DNA from: Candidatus Deferrimicrobiaceae bacterium
GTDB lineage: Bacteria > Desulfobacterota > Deferrimicrobia > Deferrimicrobiales > Deferrimicrobiaceae
Direction of reading: 5' to 3'
Assembly: GCA_963792415.1 (NCBI GenBank)
Contig: CAWBVY010000006.1
Span: 64,001-128,000 of the forward strand
DNA length: 64,000 bases
Shown here in pieces: positions 28,029 to 38,403 of the stretch. Position numbers and translations under genes: made by a program. Positions within the stretch are counted from its first letter, which is position 1; each line of letters opens with the position of its first letter. The notes under the pieces are model-generated. The model did no database searches and had not been told where the DNA came from. It worked only from the letters and a program-made list of their open reading frames with translations.

Positions 28029-28693
28029 CGGGAATTTCCCTGGGAACCGATCAGGCGCTTCGCCAGCACGATCAGCGGGTCGCCCTTCTCCCCTTCCGCG
28101 GGGATGGCGGCGGATTCCGGCTCGAGACCGAGGATCGAGGAGAGGAGCCAGGAGTGCGCCTCGGGGGGAAGGAAGATCCCGGCGCGGACGATGTCGCGGC
28201 GCTCTTCCGGAGTCAGGAACCCGGAGTCACGGGCGATCCTCTCCTCGAGCGCGGCAAGGAGCGACCGACGGGCGGCGTACGCCCGGATCGATTTCCAGAG
28301 CCCTCCCTCGGACGCCGGGGATCCCGACACATCGTCCACCCACTCCGCCAGCGCCTCGATCCGCTCCAGAGCCTCTTCGAGACGCACCGGCGGTACGCGA
28401 GGGAACGCGAAGCGCGGGATCGATACCGGGAGGACGGGAAACGGCGGTGGATCGGCCCCCACCAGCCACGCGTTCACCAGTCCGGAAAAGAGGGAAAGAT
28501 CCTCCCGGGAATCGAGGGCGATCGGCAGCAGACCGGCGGCGTGCGGGAGTTCGGGGACGGGAGTGGACGGGAGGCAACCGACGGTTTTCCCGCCGGTGGC
28601 GGCTTTCCAGAGCGTCACCACGCCGGAGGGTCCGGAAGCGACGCCCTCCGCGAACCGGACCCCTTCGAGGACGGCCCGACTGCGGATCGGCAC
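28025..28693 (-). CDS. Hypothetical protein; short, divergent 2-hydroxyacyl-CoA dehydratase/BcrC-like
   Basis: GKTVGCLP..PELPHAAGLLP and LWKSIRAY...IVRAGIFLPPEAH resemble the HgdB/BcrC N-terminal half. Confidence 0.5.
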   Translation of the reverse strand: MPIRSRAVLEGVRFAEGVASGPSGVVTLWKAATGGKTVGCLPSTPVPELPHAAGLLPIALDSREDLSLFSGLVNAWLVGADPPPFPVLPVSIPRFAFPRVPPVRLEEALERIEALAEWVDDVSGSPASEGGLWKSIRAYAARRSLLAALEERIARDSGFLTPEERRDIVRAGIFLPPEAHSWLLSSILGLEPESAAIPAEGEKGDPLIVLAKRLIGSQGNSR

Positions 28694-28706
28694 GTTACCG
28701 CTCGCC

Positions 28707-29354
28707 CTATTCCTGGACAGGACCTTTCGCCCCGGCGTGGATCACCGCGAGGATGAGCGCTTCCCGCTCGTCCGCGGAATGGACATGGTGGGGGATCGAG
28801 GAATTGTAATACACGCTGTCCCCTTCCTCGAGGACGTCGGAGAGGCTCCCGAGGCACACCGTCACCTTCCCGGAGAGGACGTAGAGGAACTCTTCGCCGT
28901 CGTGGGAGCTTCGGGCCGTGTGGGTGTCGGAGAGGGGCCGAAGCCGGACGAGGAAGGGCTCCATCTTCCGTCCCGCCTTCCCCGCGCCGAGGGATTCATA
29001 GGTGTAGGTGGACTTCCCCCCATCCTTGAGACCGACGCGGGAAACGGTGGTGCGGTCCTCCTTCCGGACGATGGAGAACTCCCGCTCCTCCTTTCCGCCG
29101 ATGAACGAGGAGACGGTGGTTCCGAAGGTGTTGGCGATCTTGACGAGCGTCCCGAGGGATGGCGAAACCATCCGGTTCTCGATCTGCGTCAGAAGCGCGG
29201 CGGAGAATCCGGTCCTCTCCGCGAACTGCTGCACGGTCATGCCCAAGGTCTCCCGGAACGCCCGCACGTGTTCCCCGACCGGAACCTCGGGATCTCCCGC
29301 CGGCTTTTCCGGTTCCCCGGACTCCCTGGCCATTTCGGACAGGACGTCGTCCAT
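28707..29354 (-). CDS. XRE-family regulator with cupin domain
   Basis: HTH (QIENRMVSPSLGTL) plus MEPFLV...HDGEEFLYVL...SSIPH; alternative start at 29381. Confidence 0.9.
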   Translation of the reverse strand: MDDVLSEMARESGEPEKPAGDPEVPVGEHVRAFRETLGMTVQQFAERTGFSAALLTQIENRMVSPSLGTLVKIANTFGTTVSSFIGGKEEREFSIVRKEDRTTVSRVGLKDGGKSTYTYESLGAGKAGRKMEPFLVRLRPLSDTHTARSSHDGEEFLYVLSGKVTVCLGSLSDVLEEGDSVYYNSSIPHHVHSADEREALILAVIHAGAKGPVQE

Positions 29355-29361
29355 CGTCTCG

Positions 29362-29913
29362 TCACGCGTGAAATCCGGCAAGGGCGGCTCCTTCCTTCAA
29401 TGCGTTGACATTCATGGGGATGAACTTCTCGTACTTCTTCGAGATGACCTTCGGGAGGCAATCGAAGACCGTCGAAAGACTCACGATCCCGGAGCGGGTG
29501 ACGTACGCCCCGAGCGCGACCATCGACGCCATCTGGCGGCTGCCGATCCTGTTGCGGGCAATGTCGTCCGCCGGGACCGGGAGGACGCGAACGTCGTCCC
29601 GGGTCACCTGCCGTTCCTCCACCAGGGAACTGTTGATGACGAGGTCGCCGCCCGGCGCGAGCATGGGGAGGAATTTTTCCATCGAGGGACCGTTCATGAT
29701 CAGAAGCCCCTTCGGGCGCCCGACCACGGGGGAGCCGATCTCCTCGTCGGAGACGACCACCGTGCAGTTCGCGGTGCCGCCCCGCATCTCCACCCCGTAC
29801 GCGGGGAAGTAGGTGACGTGCTTCTCCTCTTCCATCGCCGTGAGGGCCAGCAGGTTCCCGATCATCAGGATCCCCTGCCCTCCGAACCCGGCCATGATGA
29901 TGTCGTTCGTCAT
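29362..29913 (-). CDS. 2-oxoacid:ferredoxin oxidoreductase gamma subunit
   Basis: [19 protein letters not shown]. Confidence 0.93.
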   Translation of the reverse strand: MTNDIIMAGFGGQGILMIGNLLALTAMEEEKHVTYFPAYGVEMRGGTANCTVVVSDEEIGSPVVGRPKGLLIMNGPSMEKFLPMLAPGGDLVINSSLVEERQVTRDDVRVLPVPADDIARNRIGSRQMASMVALGAYVTRSGIVSLSTVFDCLPKVISKKYEKFIPMNVNALKEGAALAGFHA

Positions 29914-30689
29914 GCGAAGTCCGCCTGCTTCCGTTCCTTGAAAATGCCCAACGGGAAATATTCCGACATCTCCCCGAGCACCCGCTTCTGCGCGTCCAGC
30001 GGTTTCATCCCCCAGTTCGTCGGGCAGGTGGAGAGGAACTCGACGATGGAGAGCCCCATCCCGGCGATCTGCATCTCGAACGCCTTCCGCACCGACTCCT
30101 TTGCCTTCCGGATCAGGGCGGGGGTCGAGACCGCGACCCGGGCCGAGTAGGCCGTCCCCTCGAGGCCGGCCAGGAGTTCGGCCATCCGGATCGGGTAGCC
30201 GTCGCCGAGGAAATCGCGCCCGTACGGGGTGGTGGAGGTCTTCTGTCCGAGCATGGTGGTGGGTGCCATCTGGCCCCCGGTCATTCCGTACGTCGTGTTG
30301 TTCACGAAGATCACGGAGAGGTTTTCCCCGCGGTTCGCCGCGTGGATGATCTCCGACGTTCCGATCGCCGCCAGGTCGCCGTCCCCCTGGTAGGTGAAGA
30401 CGAACTTGTCGGGCTGGGCGCGCTTGACGCCGGTCGCCACGGCAGGGGCGCGCCCGTGGGGCGCCTCTACCACGTCCACGTCGATGTAGTCGTACAGGAA
30501 GACCGCGCAGCCCACGCAGGCGACGCCGATCGTCTTCTCCCTGAGGCCATACCGGTCGATGCACTCGGCGACGATCTTGTGGATCGTTCCGTGGTGGCAG
30601 CCCGGGCAGAAGTGGCTCTTGACGTCGACCAGGCTCCGGGGCCGCGTGTACACCGGCTTCGAAAACCCGGCCTTCCCGGGAGCGCTCAT
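29910..30689 (-). CDS. 2-oxoacid:ferredoxin oxidoreductase beta (TPP-binding) subunit, VOR-type
   Basis: [35 protein letters not shown]. Confidence 0.93.
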   Translation of the reverse strand: MSAPGKAGFSKPVYTRPRSLVDVKSHFCPGCHHGTIHKIVAECIDRYGLREKTIGVACVGCAVFLYDYIDVDVVEAPHGRAPAVATGVKRAQPDKFVFTYQGDGDLAAIGTSEIIHAANRGENLSVIFVNNTTYGMTGGQMAPTTMLGQKTSTTPYGRDFLGDGYPIRMAELLAGLEGTAYSARVAVSTPALIRKAKESVRKAFEMQIAGMGLSIVEFLSTCPTNWGMKPLDAQKRVLGEMSEYFPLGIFKERKQADFA

Positions 30690-31765
30690 CCCTTCCTCCT
30701 CGTCAGCCGGCGTATTTGTTCCAGAATCTCCTCGGGGGTGGGCATGACGCACGGTTTACCGAGGAATGCGATCCGGTCGTGAAGCGGCGTGGACTGCCGG
30801 ACATCTTCCACCATCTGGCCGGTGTTCATCTCGATGACAAGCAGGACGTCGACCGTCCTGGACAGTTCGAACACCTCCCGTTCGGGAAACGGGAAGAGCG
30901 TGATCGGACGCAGCATCCCGGCGGCGATCCCCTCCTTCCGGGCCCACTGGATGGCGGTTTTGCTCACGCGGGCGGCGGTCCCGAAGGCGACGATCGCGAT
31001 CGTCGCCCCGTCGAGCATGTACGACTCCGCCCGGACCTCGCTTTTGCGGATCCTCTCGTGCTTTTCGTGCAGTTTCCAGTTGTGGACTTCGATGGCGTTG
31101 TCTTTCAGGTGGAGGGATTTCACGTTTTGGCGCTCTCGACCCCCGCAACCGGTCAGCGCCCACGGTTTCTCCACGGTCGACGCCGGATCGTACGGAGACG
31201 CCACGAACGGCTCCTTCATCTGGCCGACGATGGCGTCCCCCAGGATCATGGCGGGCGTGCGGTACTTGTCCGCCAGGTCGAAGGCGAGCATGGTGAGGGC
31301 GTACATCTCCTGGACCGAGTGCGGCGCGAGGACGATCAGCCGGAACCCGCCGTGGCCGCCGCCCTTGACCGCCTGGAAGTAGTCCCCCTGGGAGGGGGCG
31401 ATGCCGCCGAGGCCCGGACCCGACCTGGAAATGTTGACGACCACCGCGGGCAGCTCGGACCCCGCCATGTAGGAGAGCCCTTCCTGCATGAGGGAGATCC
31501 CGGGACCCGAGGAGGATGTCATCACGCGCTTCCCGGAGGCGGAGGTGCCCAGCATCATGTTGATCGTCGCGACTTCGCTCTCCGCCTGCAGGAAGGTTCC
31601 GCCAAGGGCCGGCAGGTGCGCCGCCATGTATTCGGGGATGTCGTTCTGCGGGGTGATCGGGTACCCGTAATAGTGACGGCACCCGGCCGCCAGGGCGCCA
31701 AGGCAGATCGCCTCGTTCCCCTTGGTGAGGATCCGCTTCGTCGGGGACGGCGCCAGCGGGGTCAT
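30686..31765 (-). CDS. vorB: 2-ketoisovalerate:ferredoxin oxidoreductase alpha subunit
   Basis: [36 protein letters not shown]. Confidence 0.88.
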   Translation of the reverse strand: MTPLAPSPTKRILTKGNEAICLGALAAGCRHYYGYPITPQNDIPEYMAAHLPALGGTFLQAESEVATINMMLGTSASGKRVMTSSSGPGISLMQEGLSYMAGSELPAVVVNISRSGPGLGGIAPSQGDYFQAVKGGGHGGFRLIVLAPHSVQEMYALTMLAFDLADKYRTPAMILGDAIVGQMKEPFVASPYDPASTVEKPWALTGCGGRERQNVKSLHLKDNAIEVHNWKLHEKHERIRKSEVRAESYMLDGATIAIVAFGTAARVSKTAIQWARKEGIAAGMLRPITLFPFPEREVFELSRTVDVLLVIEMNTGQMVEDVRQSTPLHDRIAFLGKPCVMPTPEEILEQIRRLTRRKG

Positions 31766-31971
31766 CGCCACACCAGGATGCACGCGTCGGGGCACGTCTC
31801 GGCGCAGATCGCGCACCCGGTGCAGTCGTCGGGACGCTCGAAGACCGCGGATCCGTATCCCTGGCGGTTGATGGTCGTGCCCATGGCGATGCACCCCTTC
31901 GGGCACGCGGGAACGCACAGTTCGCACGCCTTGCACCGCTCGAAATCGATCTCGATCCGCCCCGTCGCCGT
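31762..31971 (-). CDS. 2x[4Fe-4S] ferredoxin, oxidoreductase delta subunit (non-canonical start; not in the ORF track)
   Basis: ATGRIEIDFERCKACELCVPACP...CTGCAICAETCPD; GGAGG RBS followed by in-frame GTT and ACG; stop overlaps the alpha-subunit ATG. Confidence 0.85.
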   Translation of the reverse strand, partial: TATGRIEIDFERCKACELCVPACPKGCIAMGTTINRQGYGSAVFERPDDCTGCAICAETCPDACILVWR

Positions 31972-31989
31972 AACGGTATCCTCCGCCGC

Positions 31990-32946
31990 CTAATCGTACT
32001 TCGGCTTGAATTCGAAGTAGTGGGTCGTGTCGATCACGCGGGTGGTGCGGGAGCGGGAGCGCATGACGACGGACTGTGTGTGCGCGCCGCCGCTGAAGAA
32101 CCGGACGCCCCTCAGGAAATCGCCGAAGGTGACCCCGGTGGCGGCGAACATCACGTCACTGCTCGCGAGGTCGTCGAGGGAGTAGACGCGGTTCAGGTCG
32201 GTGACCCCCATCCCCTTGGCGCGCTCGATCTCCTCCTTGTTCCGGAACTTGAGGATCCCCTGGAAGTCGCCGCCCATGCATTTCATCGCCGCGGCGGCGA
32301 GGACCCCTTCCGGCGCGCCGCCCGTACCCATGAGGACGTCGACCCCGGACCCCTCTTTCGACGTCGCGATCGCCCCCGCCACGTCGCCGTCCCCGATCAG
32401 CTTGATCCGCGCACCGGCTTCACGGACTTCCCGGATCAGATCCTCGTGCCGCGGCCGGTCGAGGATCACCACGCAGAGGTCCTCGACGTAGGCCTTCTGC
32501 GCCTTGGCGATCCTGCGGAGGTTCTCCGTGGGGGTTGCCGTGATGTCGATCACGCCGCGCGCCTTCGGTCCCACCGCGAGCTTCTGCATGTACGTGTCCG
32601 GAGCATGAAGAAACCCGCCCTCTTCCGCGATCGCGATCACCGCGATGGCGTTGTACCCGCCGGCGGACACGATGTTCGTCCCCTCGAGGGGGTCGACGGC
32701 GATGTCGACTTTCGGGGTCTCCGACGCGCCGACCTCCTCCCCGATGTAGAGCATTGGGGCTTCGTCGCGCTCCCCTTCCCCGATGACGACGCGTCCCTTG
32801 AACTGGACGAAGCTCAGCGCTTTCCGCATCGCGGTGACCGCCGCCTGGTCCGCGGCGATATTGTCGCCTCGTCCCATCAATCGCGCCGAGGCGAGCGCCG
32901 CCGCCTCGGTCACACGGACGACCTCCAAGCCCAGGTTCCGATCCAT
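31990..32946 (-). CDS. glpX: Class II fructose-1,6-bisphosphatase
   Basis: RVTEAAA, IGEGERDEAPML, DPLEGT, GDGDV. Confidence 0.96.
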   Translation of the reverse strand: MDRNLGLEVVRVTEAAALASARLMGRGDNIAADQAAVTAMRKALSFVQFKGRVVIGEGERDEAPMLYIGEEVGASETPKVDIAVDPLEGTNIVSAGGYNAIAVIAIAEEGGFLHAPDTYMQKLAVGPKARGVIDITATPTENLRRIAKAQKAYVEDLCVVILDRPRHEDLIREVREAGARIKLIGDGDVAGAIATSKEGSGVDVLMGTGGAPEGVLAAAAMKCMGGDFQGILKFRNKEEIERAKGMGVTDLNRVYSLDDLASSDVMFAATGVTFGDFLRGVRFFSGGAHTQSVVMRSRSRTTRVIDTTHYFEFKPKYD

Positions 32947-32977
32947 CCTCAGGCCCCCTTTTCCCGTGAAATGTCGT

Positions 32978-33367
32978 TCAAAGCGGCAGCGTGCGGAACT
33001 CCGCGGGAGGCCGGACCGGTCTCCCGTCCCGTCCCGTGAAGGCGTGCACGGTATGCCCCGTCACCAGGGTAGTCCCGTCTTCCCGCTCGATCCGGTACCC
33101 GAACGTCAGGCGCACCCCCCGGACGTCCAGAATCTCCGCGTGGATCCGGAGCACGTCGTCGTACCGCGCGGATGCGTGGTAACGGGCGCTCGCCTCGATG
33201 ACGGGCAGAAGCACCCCCCGCTCCATCGTGACGAGGTACAGAAACCCTTTTCGTCGCATCAGCTCCGCACGGCCGACCTCGAACCAGCGAAGGTAATTCC
33301 CGTAATAGACGATTCCGGCGGCGTCCGTGTCGCCGAAGATCACCCGGACGGTGGCGACATGCTCCAC
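32978..33367 (-). CDS. Acyl-CoA thioesterase (YbgC/4HBT family)
   Basis: DTDAAGIVYYGNYLRWFE. Confidence 0.9.
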   Translation of the reverse strand: MEHVATVRVIFGDTDAAGIVYYGNYLRWFEVGRAELMRRKGFLYLVTMERGVLLPVIEASARYHASARYDDVLRIHAEILDVRGVRLTFGYRIEREDGTTLVTGHTVHAFTGRDGRPVRPPAEFRTLPL

Positions 33368-33392
33368 GTGCCCCCCTTTCTTCTTACGGCGG

Positions 33393-33425
33393 GGGTACCC
33401 CAACAGCGCAAAGCTCGTATTGGGG
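33393..33425. repeat. Solo REP-like palindrome related to the 57-bp unit
   Basis: GGGTACCCCAACAGCGCAAAGCTCGTATTGGGG versus GGGTACCCCGGCAGCGCGAAGCTCGTGCTGGGG; intergenic. Confidence 0.85.
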
Positions 33426-33435
33426 CGAACTCCCG

Positions 33436-34641
33436 TCAGGCGAGCAGGTATTCGATCAGTCGCGTCCCCGCCGGGACGAACTGCCCCGAGTCCCGGCCGT
33501 CCGCTTCCGTGTACCGCCTCTCCGGGGTCGCGGCCAATCCGGGGGGCGCCGGGTAGAAGACGAACGGGACCGGCTCCTGCGCGTGGGTCCGGATGGCGAC
33601 CGGGGTCGGATGGTCCGGCAGGAGGAGGATCCGGAGGTCTCCCTTCTCCCGCGCTCTCGCAAGGATCGGGGTCAGCATCTCCTGGTCGATCCGCTCGATC
33701 GCGCGGATCTTCTCCTCGACGCTCCCGTTGTGTCCCGCCTCGTCGGGGGCCTCCACGTGGATCAGGACGAAGTCCTTCCGATCGAGCTCGCGAAGGGCGT
33801 ATTCCGCCTTTCCCCGGTAGTTCGTGTCGAAGTATCCGGTGGCGCCCGGCACGGCGACCACTTCGAGACCCGCGTAGATCCCGATCCCCTTGATGAGGTC
33901 CACCGCGGCCACCACGGACCCGGTCAGGCCGAACTTCTCCTCGAACGTGGAGATGCGGGGGGCCTTCCCCTGCCCCCAGAGCCAGACGCCGTTGCCGGGA
34001 AGCTTTCCCTCGGCCGCCCTCTTTCGGTTCACGGGGTGGCCGGAGAAGAGTTCGCGGGAGATCTCCATGATCGTCAGGAGGAATTCCGCGCCGTCCCCCT
34101 GTGGAAGATACGGGGTGATCTTCTTCCCGTGGATGTCGTGCGGCGGGGTCGTCTTCACACCGTCGCTCCCCCCGGGCCAGACCATGAGGTGGCGATACGA
34201 GACGCCCGTGTGAAACCGGACACCCTTGTCGGCAACCGCCTCCTGAAGGGAGGCGAGGAGCTCGGCCGCCTCGCCGGTGGTGATATGCTCGGCGGAGAAA
34301 TCCTCCATCTCGGAGTCGGCCCCGTCGTTTTTCAGCGCCACCAGATTGCAGCGGACCGCGACGTCGTCCGGGCCGAGGGAGATGCCGATGGAGGCCGCCT
34401 CGAGCGGAGAGCGGCCGGTGTAGACGACGGCGGGGTCATACCCCAGGATGCTCAGATTCGAAACGTCGCTGCCCGGGTACATCTCCTTCGGTACGACCTG
34501 GACCATCCCGACGGCTCCGTTGGCCGCCATGAAGTCCATGTTCGGTATCGAAGCGGCCTCGAGCGGCGTGCGGTTGCCGATCGCCGGGATCGGCCAGTCC
34601 GCCATGCCGTCGCCGATCAAAATGATGTATTTCGCACCCAT
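33436..34641 (-). CDS. apgM: Cofactor-independent phosphoglycerate mutase, ApgM family
   Basis: GDGMAD, PGSDVSN, HVEAPDEAGH, PDHPTP. Confidence 0.9.
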   Translation of the reverse strand: MGAKYIILIGDGMADWPIPAIGNRTPLEAASIPNMDFMAANGAVGMVQVVPKEMYPGSDVSNLSILGYDPAVVYTGRSPLEAASIGISLGPDDVAVRCNLVALKNDGADSEMEDFSAEHITTGEAAELLASLQEAVADKGVRFHTGVSYRHLMVWPGGSDGVKTTPPHDIHGKKITPYLPQGDGAEFLLTIMEISRELFSGHPVNRKRAAEGKLPGNGVWLWGQGKAPRISTFEEKFGLTGSVVAAVDLIKGIGIYAGLEVVAVPGATGYFDTNYRGKAEYALRELDRKDFVLIHVEAPDEAGHNGSVEEKIRAIERIDQEMLTPILARAREKGDLRILLLPDHPTPVAIRTHAQEPVPFVFYPAPPGLAATPERRYTEADGRDSGQFVPAGTRLIEYLLA

Positions 34642-34652
34642 CGTCGTCTCCT

Positions 34653-35708
34653 TCAGAAACCGAGGATCCTGAGGACGTCCCCGAGAACGGGGGGGATCGT
34701 CACGGGCGCGACCGACTGCGCGATGGCGTTGTCCGGGTCCTTCAGGCCGTGCCCGGTCAGCGTGCAGACGAGTCGCTCCCCCCCCCGGAAAAAGCCTTCG
34801 GCCCCCAACTTTATCACGCCGGCGATCGAGGCGGCCGACGCGGGCTCGCAGAAGATCCCTTCCGTCTCGGCGACCATTTTATACGCTTCGAGGATCTCCG
34901 CGTCGCTCACCATCCGGATGAGCCCCCCGGACTCGTCGCGCGCGGCTTCCGCCTGCCTCCACGATGCGGGGTTGCCGATACGGATCGCGGTGGCGACCGT
35001 CTCGGGCTTCGGGACAGGGGCTCCCCGGACGATCGGGGCCGCCCCTTCCGCCTGCCAGCCGAGCATCGCGGGAAGGCGGCTTGACTTCCCGGCGGCCCGG
35101 TACTCCTTGTACCCGGCCCAGTACGCGGTGATGTTTCCCGCGTTCCCCACCGGAAGGATGTGGTAGTCGGGGGCGTCCCCGAGCGCGTCGACGATCTCGA
35201 ACGCGGCCGACTTCTGCCCTTCGATCCTGTACGGATTCAGGGAGTTCACCAGGGTCACGGGATACTTTGCGGAGACTTCCATGACGAGGGAAAGGGCATC
35301 GTCGAAGTTGCCCAGCACCTGCAGCACCTGCGCTCCGTGGATCATCGCCTGGGAGAGCTTCCCCAGCGCGATCTTCCCCTCGGGGATGAGCACGAACGCC
35401 CTCATCCCGGCGCGCGCCGCGTAGGCGGCCGCGGAGGCGGAGGTGTTCCCTGTGGATGCGCAGATGACCGAATCGGAACCGTCCGCCTTCGCCTTCGAGA
35501 CGGCCATCGTCATCCCGCGGTCCTTGAAGGAACCGGTCGGGTTCAGCCCCTCGCATTTCAGGTACAGCGAGGTTCCCGGAGCGACCCGGCGGGCCAGCGC
35601 CGGGGCCGGAACGAGGGGGGTGTTCCCCTCCAGCAGCGTGACAACCGCCTCCTCGGGAACGGAGGTGAAGAAACGCCCGTAATGGCGGATGATTCCTTCC
35701 CAGTGCAT
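34653..35708 (-). CDS. thrC: Threonine synthase
   Basis: [32 protein letters not shown]. Confidence 0.95.
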   Translation of the reverse strand: MHWEGIIRHYGRFFTSVPEEAVVTLLEGNTPLVPAPALARRVAPGTSLYLKCEGLNPTGSFKDRGMTMAVSKAKADGSDSVICASTGNTSASAAAYAARAGMRAFVLIPEGKIALGKLSQAMIHGAQVLQVLGNFDDALSLVMEVSAKYPVTLVNSLNPYRIEGQKSAAFEIVDALGDAPDYHILPVGNAGNITAYWAGYKEYRAAGKSSRLPAMLGWQAEGAAPIVRGAPVPKPETVATAIRIGNPASWRQAEAARDESGGLIRMVSDAEILEAYKMVAETEGIFCEPASAASIAGVIKLGAEGFFRGGERLVCTLTGHGLKDPDNAIAQSVAPVTIPPVLGDVLRILGF

Positions 35709-35724
35709 TTTGCCTCGGTTCCTT

Positions 35725-37044
35725 TTAGAGATTGTTTTCGATCCGGATCATCCGCGTCCGGTCGAGGACGTCGGGGAGACGGTCCGCCTCGGCCAGCGCC
35801 GCCCGCATGTCGCTCTCCTTCGCCCGATGGGTGACGATGAAGATGGGAACCGCGGACTGCCCCTGCCCCTTCTGGAGAACGGATGCGATGCTGATCGAGT
35901 GCGTCCCCAGGACACCCGCGATTCTGGAGAGAACCCCGGGCTTGTCCACCACCCGGAATTTCAGGTAGTACTCGCTTTGGACCTGTTCGAACGGCGCGAG
36001 ATCGGCCTGGAGCGACGGATCCGCGAGGAAGAACCCCCCGGGCGGTACCCGGCCCGCGCACCCCCGCCGAAGGTTCCGGGCGAGTTCGATCACGTCGCTC
36101 ACGACCGCCGACGCCGTCGGCAGCATTCCCGCGCCTTGCCCGTACGACAGGGAGGAGCCGACGAAATCCCCCTTTACGTAGATCGCGTTGTAGGCGCCGT
36201 CGACCATGGCCAGCGGAGAATGGGACGGGATCATCGTGGGGTGGACCCGGGCCTCGATCCCCGCGCCGTTCTCCTTCGCGATCGCCAGCAGCTTGATCGT
36301 GTACCCGAACTCCTTCGCGAAAGAGATGTCGTCCCGGTCGACCTCGCGAATTCCCTGGACGAAGATCTCCTTGAGGGGAACGTGCCCGCCGGTGGCGAGC
36401 CAGACGAGGATCGCCAGTTTGTGCGCGGTGTCGATCCCGTCGACGTCGAACGATGGGTCCGCCTCGGCGAGCCCGGCCGCCTGGGCTTCGGCAAGAACCT
36501 CGGAGAACGGCTTCCCCTCCCTGGTCATGCGCGAAAGGATGTAGTTGCACGTTCCGTTGATGATCCCGAAGATCGCCCGGATCCGGTTCGCCGCCAACCC
36601 TTCCCGAAGGGTCCGGATGATGGGGATCCCCCCGCCGACGCTCGCCTCGAATCCGATGTCCACCCCGGCGGCCTCGACGGCCTTGACGATTTCCGGGCCG
36701 CACTCCGCGAGCAGGGCCTTGTTTGCCGTCACCACCGATTTCCCGTTTCGGACGGCCTCGAGCAGGAAGTCTTTCGCGGCGCCCGTGCCGCCGACGAGTT
36801 CGACGAGGATCTGGACATCGGGATCCCGGACAACCCGCATTCCGTCCGCGATGAATACGCCCTCCGGCAGGGGAACGCCCCGATCCCTCGTGGTGTCCTG
36901 GTCCGCGACCCGGACGAGCCGGACAGGGATCCCGACGCGCTTGCGGAGGTGTTCCGCGTTCTCGAGTAGAAGTTTTACCGTGCCGGTGCCGACGGTGCCG
37001 AAACCGACGACGCCGACCCCGATCTCCCTGGGGAAAGCGGTCAT
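35725..37044 (-). CDS. hom: Homoserine dehydrogenase with ACT domain
   Basis: [26 protein letters not shown]. Confidence 0.96.
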   Translation of the reverse strand: MTAFPREIGVGVVGFGTVGTGTVKLLLENAEHLRKRVGIPVRLVRVADQDTTRDRGVPLPEGVFIADGMRVVRDPDVQILVELVGGTGAAKDFLLEAVRNGKSVVTANKALLAECGPEIVKAVEAAGVDIGFEASVGGGIPIIRTLREGLAANRIRAIFGIINGTCNYILSRMTREGKPFSEVLAEAQAAGLAEADPSFDVDGIDTAHKLAILVWLATGGHVPLKEIFVQGIREVDRDDISFAKEFGYTIKLLAIAKENGAGIEARVHPTMIPSHSPLAMVDGAYNAIYVKGDFVGSSLSYGQGAGMLPTASAVVSDVIELARNLRRGCAGRVPPGGFFLADPSLQADLAPFEQVQSEYYLKFRVVDKPGVLSRIAGVLGTHSISIASVLQKGQGQSAVPIFIVTHRAKESDMRAALAEADRLPDVLDRTRMIRIENNL

Positions 37045-38237
37045 TTCGACTTTGCCTTCGGCGGCGACTGGAGAATCCCCTTCACGCCGCGGATCGCCTG
37101 CCGTATCCGGTGCTCGTTCTCCACCAGCGCGAACCGGACGAACCCTTCCCCATGCTCCCCGAAGCCGATTCCCGGCGAGACCGCGACCTTGGCCTTCGTC
37201 AGGAGAAGCTTCGAAAACTCGACGGAGCCCATCTCACGGAACGGTTCGGGGATGGGCGCCCACACGAACATCGTCCCCTTCGGCTTCTCGAACTCCCACC
37301 CGATGCGCGCGAATCCCTCTACGAGGCAATCCCTGCGCTTCCGATAGATCTCTACGGCCTCGTCGACCACGCGGTTCGGCCCGTTGAGCGCCACGGTGGC
37401 GGCTACCTGGATCGCCTGGAAAATCCCGTAGTCGAGGTAGCTCTTCATCCGGGTCAGCGCTCCGACCATCCGCTTGTTTCCGACGACGAACCCGACGCGC
37501 CAGCCGGGCATGGAGTATCCCTTCGACATGGAATACATCTCCACGGCCACGTCCTTGGCCCCGGGGAGCTGGAGGATCGAGGGGGCCTTGTACCCGTCGA
37601 AGACGAGGTCCGCGTAGGCGAGATCGTGGATGACCAGCAGCTTGTTCTCCTTGGCGAACGCGACGACGCGCTTGAAGAAATCGAGGTCCACCACCTGGGT
37701 CGTCGGGTTGTGGGGAAAGGAGAGGATCATCATCTTCGGCCGGGGCCACATCGTCTTGATCGCCCGCTCGGCGCGCTCGACGAAGTCCCCCTCCCCGCTC
37801 GTGAGGGAGATCGTCCGGACGTCCGCCCCGGCGATGATCACGGAATAAGAGTGGATCGGGTACGACGGGCTGGGGACGAGAGCGATGTCCCCGGGGCCCA
37901 TCGTGGCCAGTACGAGGTGGGACAACCCCTCCTTCGCTCCGATCGTGGCGATCGTTTCCGTTTCCGGGTCGAGCTCCACGTTGTATTTCCGCTTGTACCA
38001 GCTGCAGATGGCCAGCCGCAGTTTCGGGATGCCGCGGGAGAGGGAATAGCGGTGGTTCCGGGGATTGCGCACCGCCTCGACAAGCTTGTCGACGATGTGC
38101 TTCGGCGTCGGCAGATCGGGGTTTCCCATCCCCATGTCGATGATGTCCTCGCCGGCGTGGCGCAATTTCGACTTGAGCTCGACGACAACCGCGAAAACGT
38201 ACGGAGGCAGACGCTGGATTCTCCGGAACTCTTCCAT
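37041..38237 (-). CDS. alaC: Class I PLP aminotransferase (AlaC-like)
   Basis: [36 protein letters not shown]. Confidence 0.85.
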   Translation of the reverse strand: MEEFRRIQRLPPYVFAVVVELKSKLRHAGEDIIDMGMGNPDLPTPKHIVDKLVEAVRNPRNHRYSLSRGIPKLRLAICSWYKRKYNVELDPETETIATIGAKEGLSHLVLATMGPGDIALVPSPSYPIHSYSVIIAGADVRTISLTSGEGDFVERAERAIKTMWPRPKMMILSFPHNPTTQVVDLDFFKRVVAFAKENKLLVIHDLAYADLVFDGYKAPSILQLPGAKDVAVEMYSMSKGYSMPGWRVGFVVGNKRMVGALTRMKSYLDYGIFQAIQVAATVALNGPNRVVDEAVEIYRKRRDCLVEGFARIGWEFEKPKGTMFVWAPIPEPFREMGSVEFSKLLLTKAKVAVSPGIGFGEHGEGFVRFALVENEHRIRQAIRGVKGILQSPPKAKSK

Positions 38238-38267
38238 GGAATACTCCCCTGTCAAGTGTAAACAGTT

Positions 38268-38296
38268 ATGCTAATGAATCGCGTCCTTTAAGTCAA
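38268..38296 (-). promoter_or_regulatory. Sigma70 promoter of alaC-hom-thrC
   Basis: TTGACT-N17-TAGCAT. Confidence 0.65.
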
Positions 38297-38366
38297 TTTG
38301 AGGGGGCATGCCGTGCGGAAACCCTTGCAGCGGGGAAGGTTTGTCTCCCGCTGCCGGGAAGGAGAG

Positions 38367-38396
38367 TTTTCCCGCTTCCGGCCCCGGGCGGGAAAA
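38367..38396 (-). terminator. Terminator-like hairpin after the aldo/keto reductase
   Basis: TTTTCCCGC...GCGGGAAAA inverted repeat; a second hairpin lies at about 38327-38354. Confidence 0.55.
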
Positions 38397-38403
38397 GGGT
38401 CGG

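Noticed and set aside
31990-31992. Pyrrolysine recoding of the glpX TAG
   Set aside because: No pyl genes in the window, many other genes end in TAG, and a good RBS follows the stop; kept only as a minor alternative
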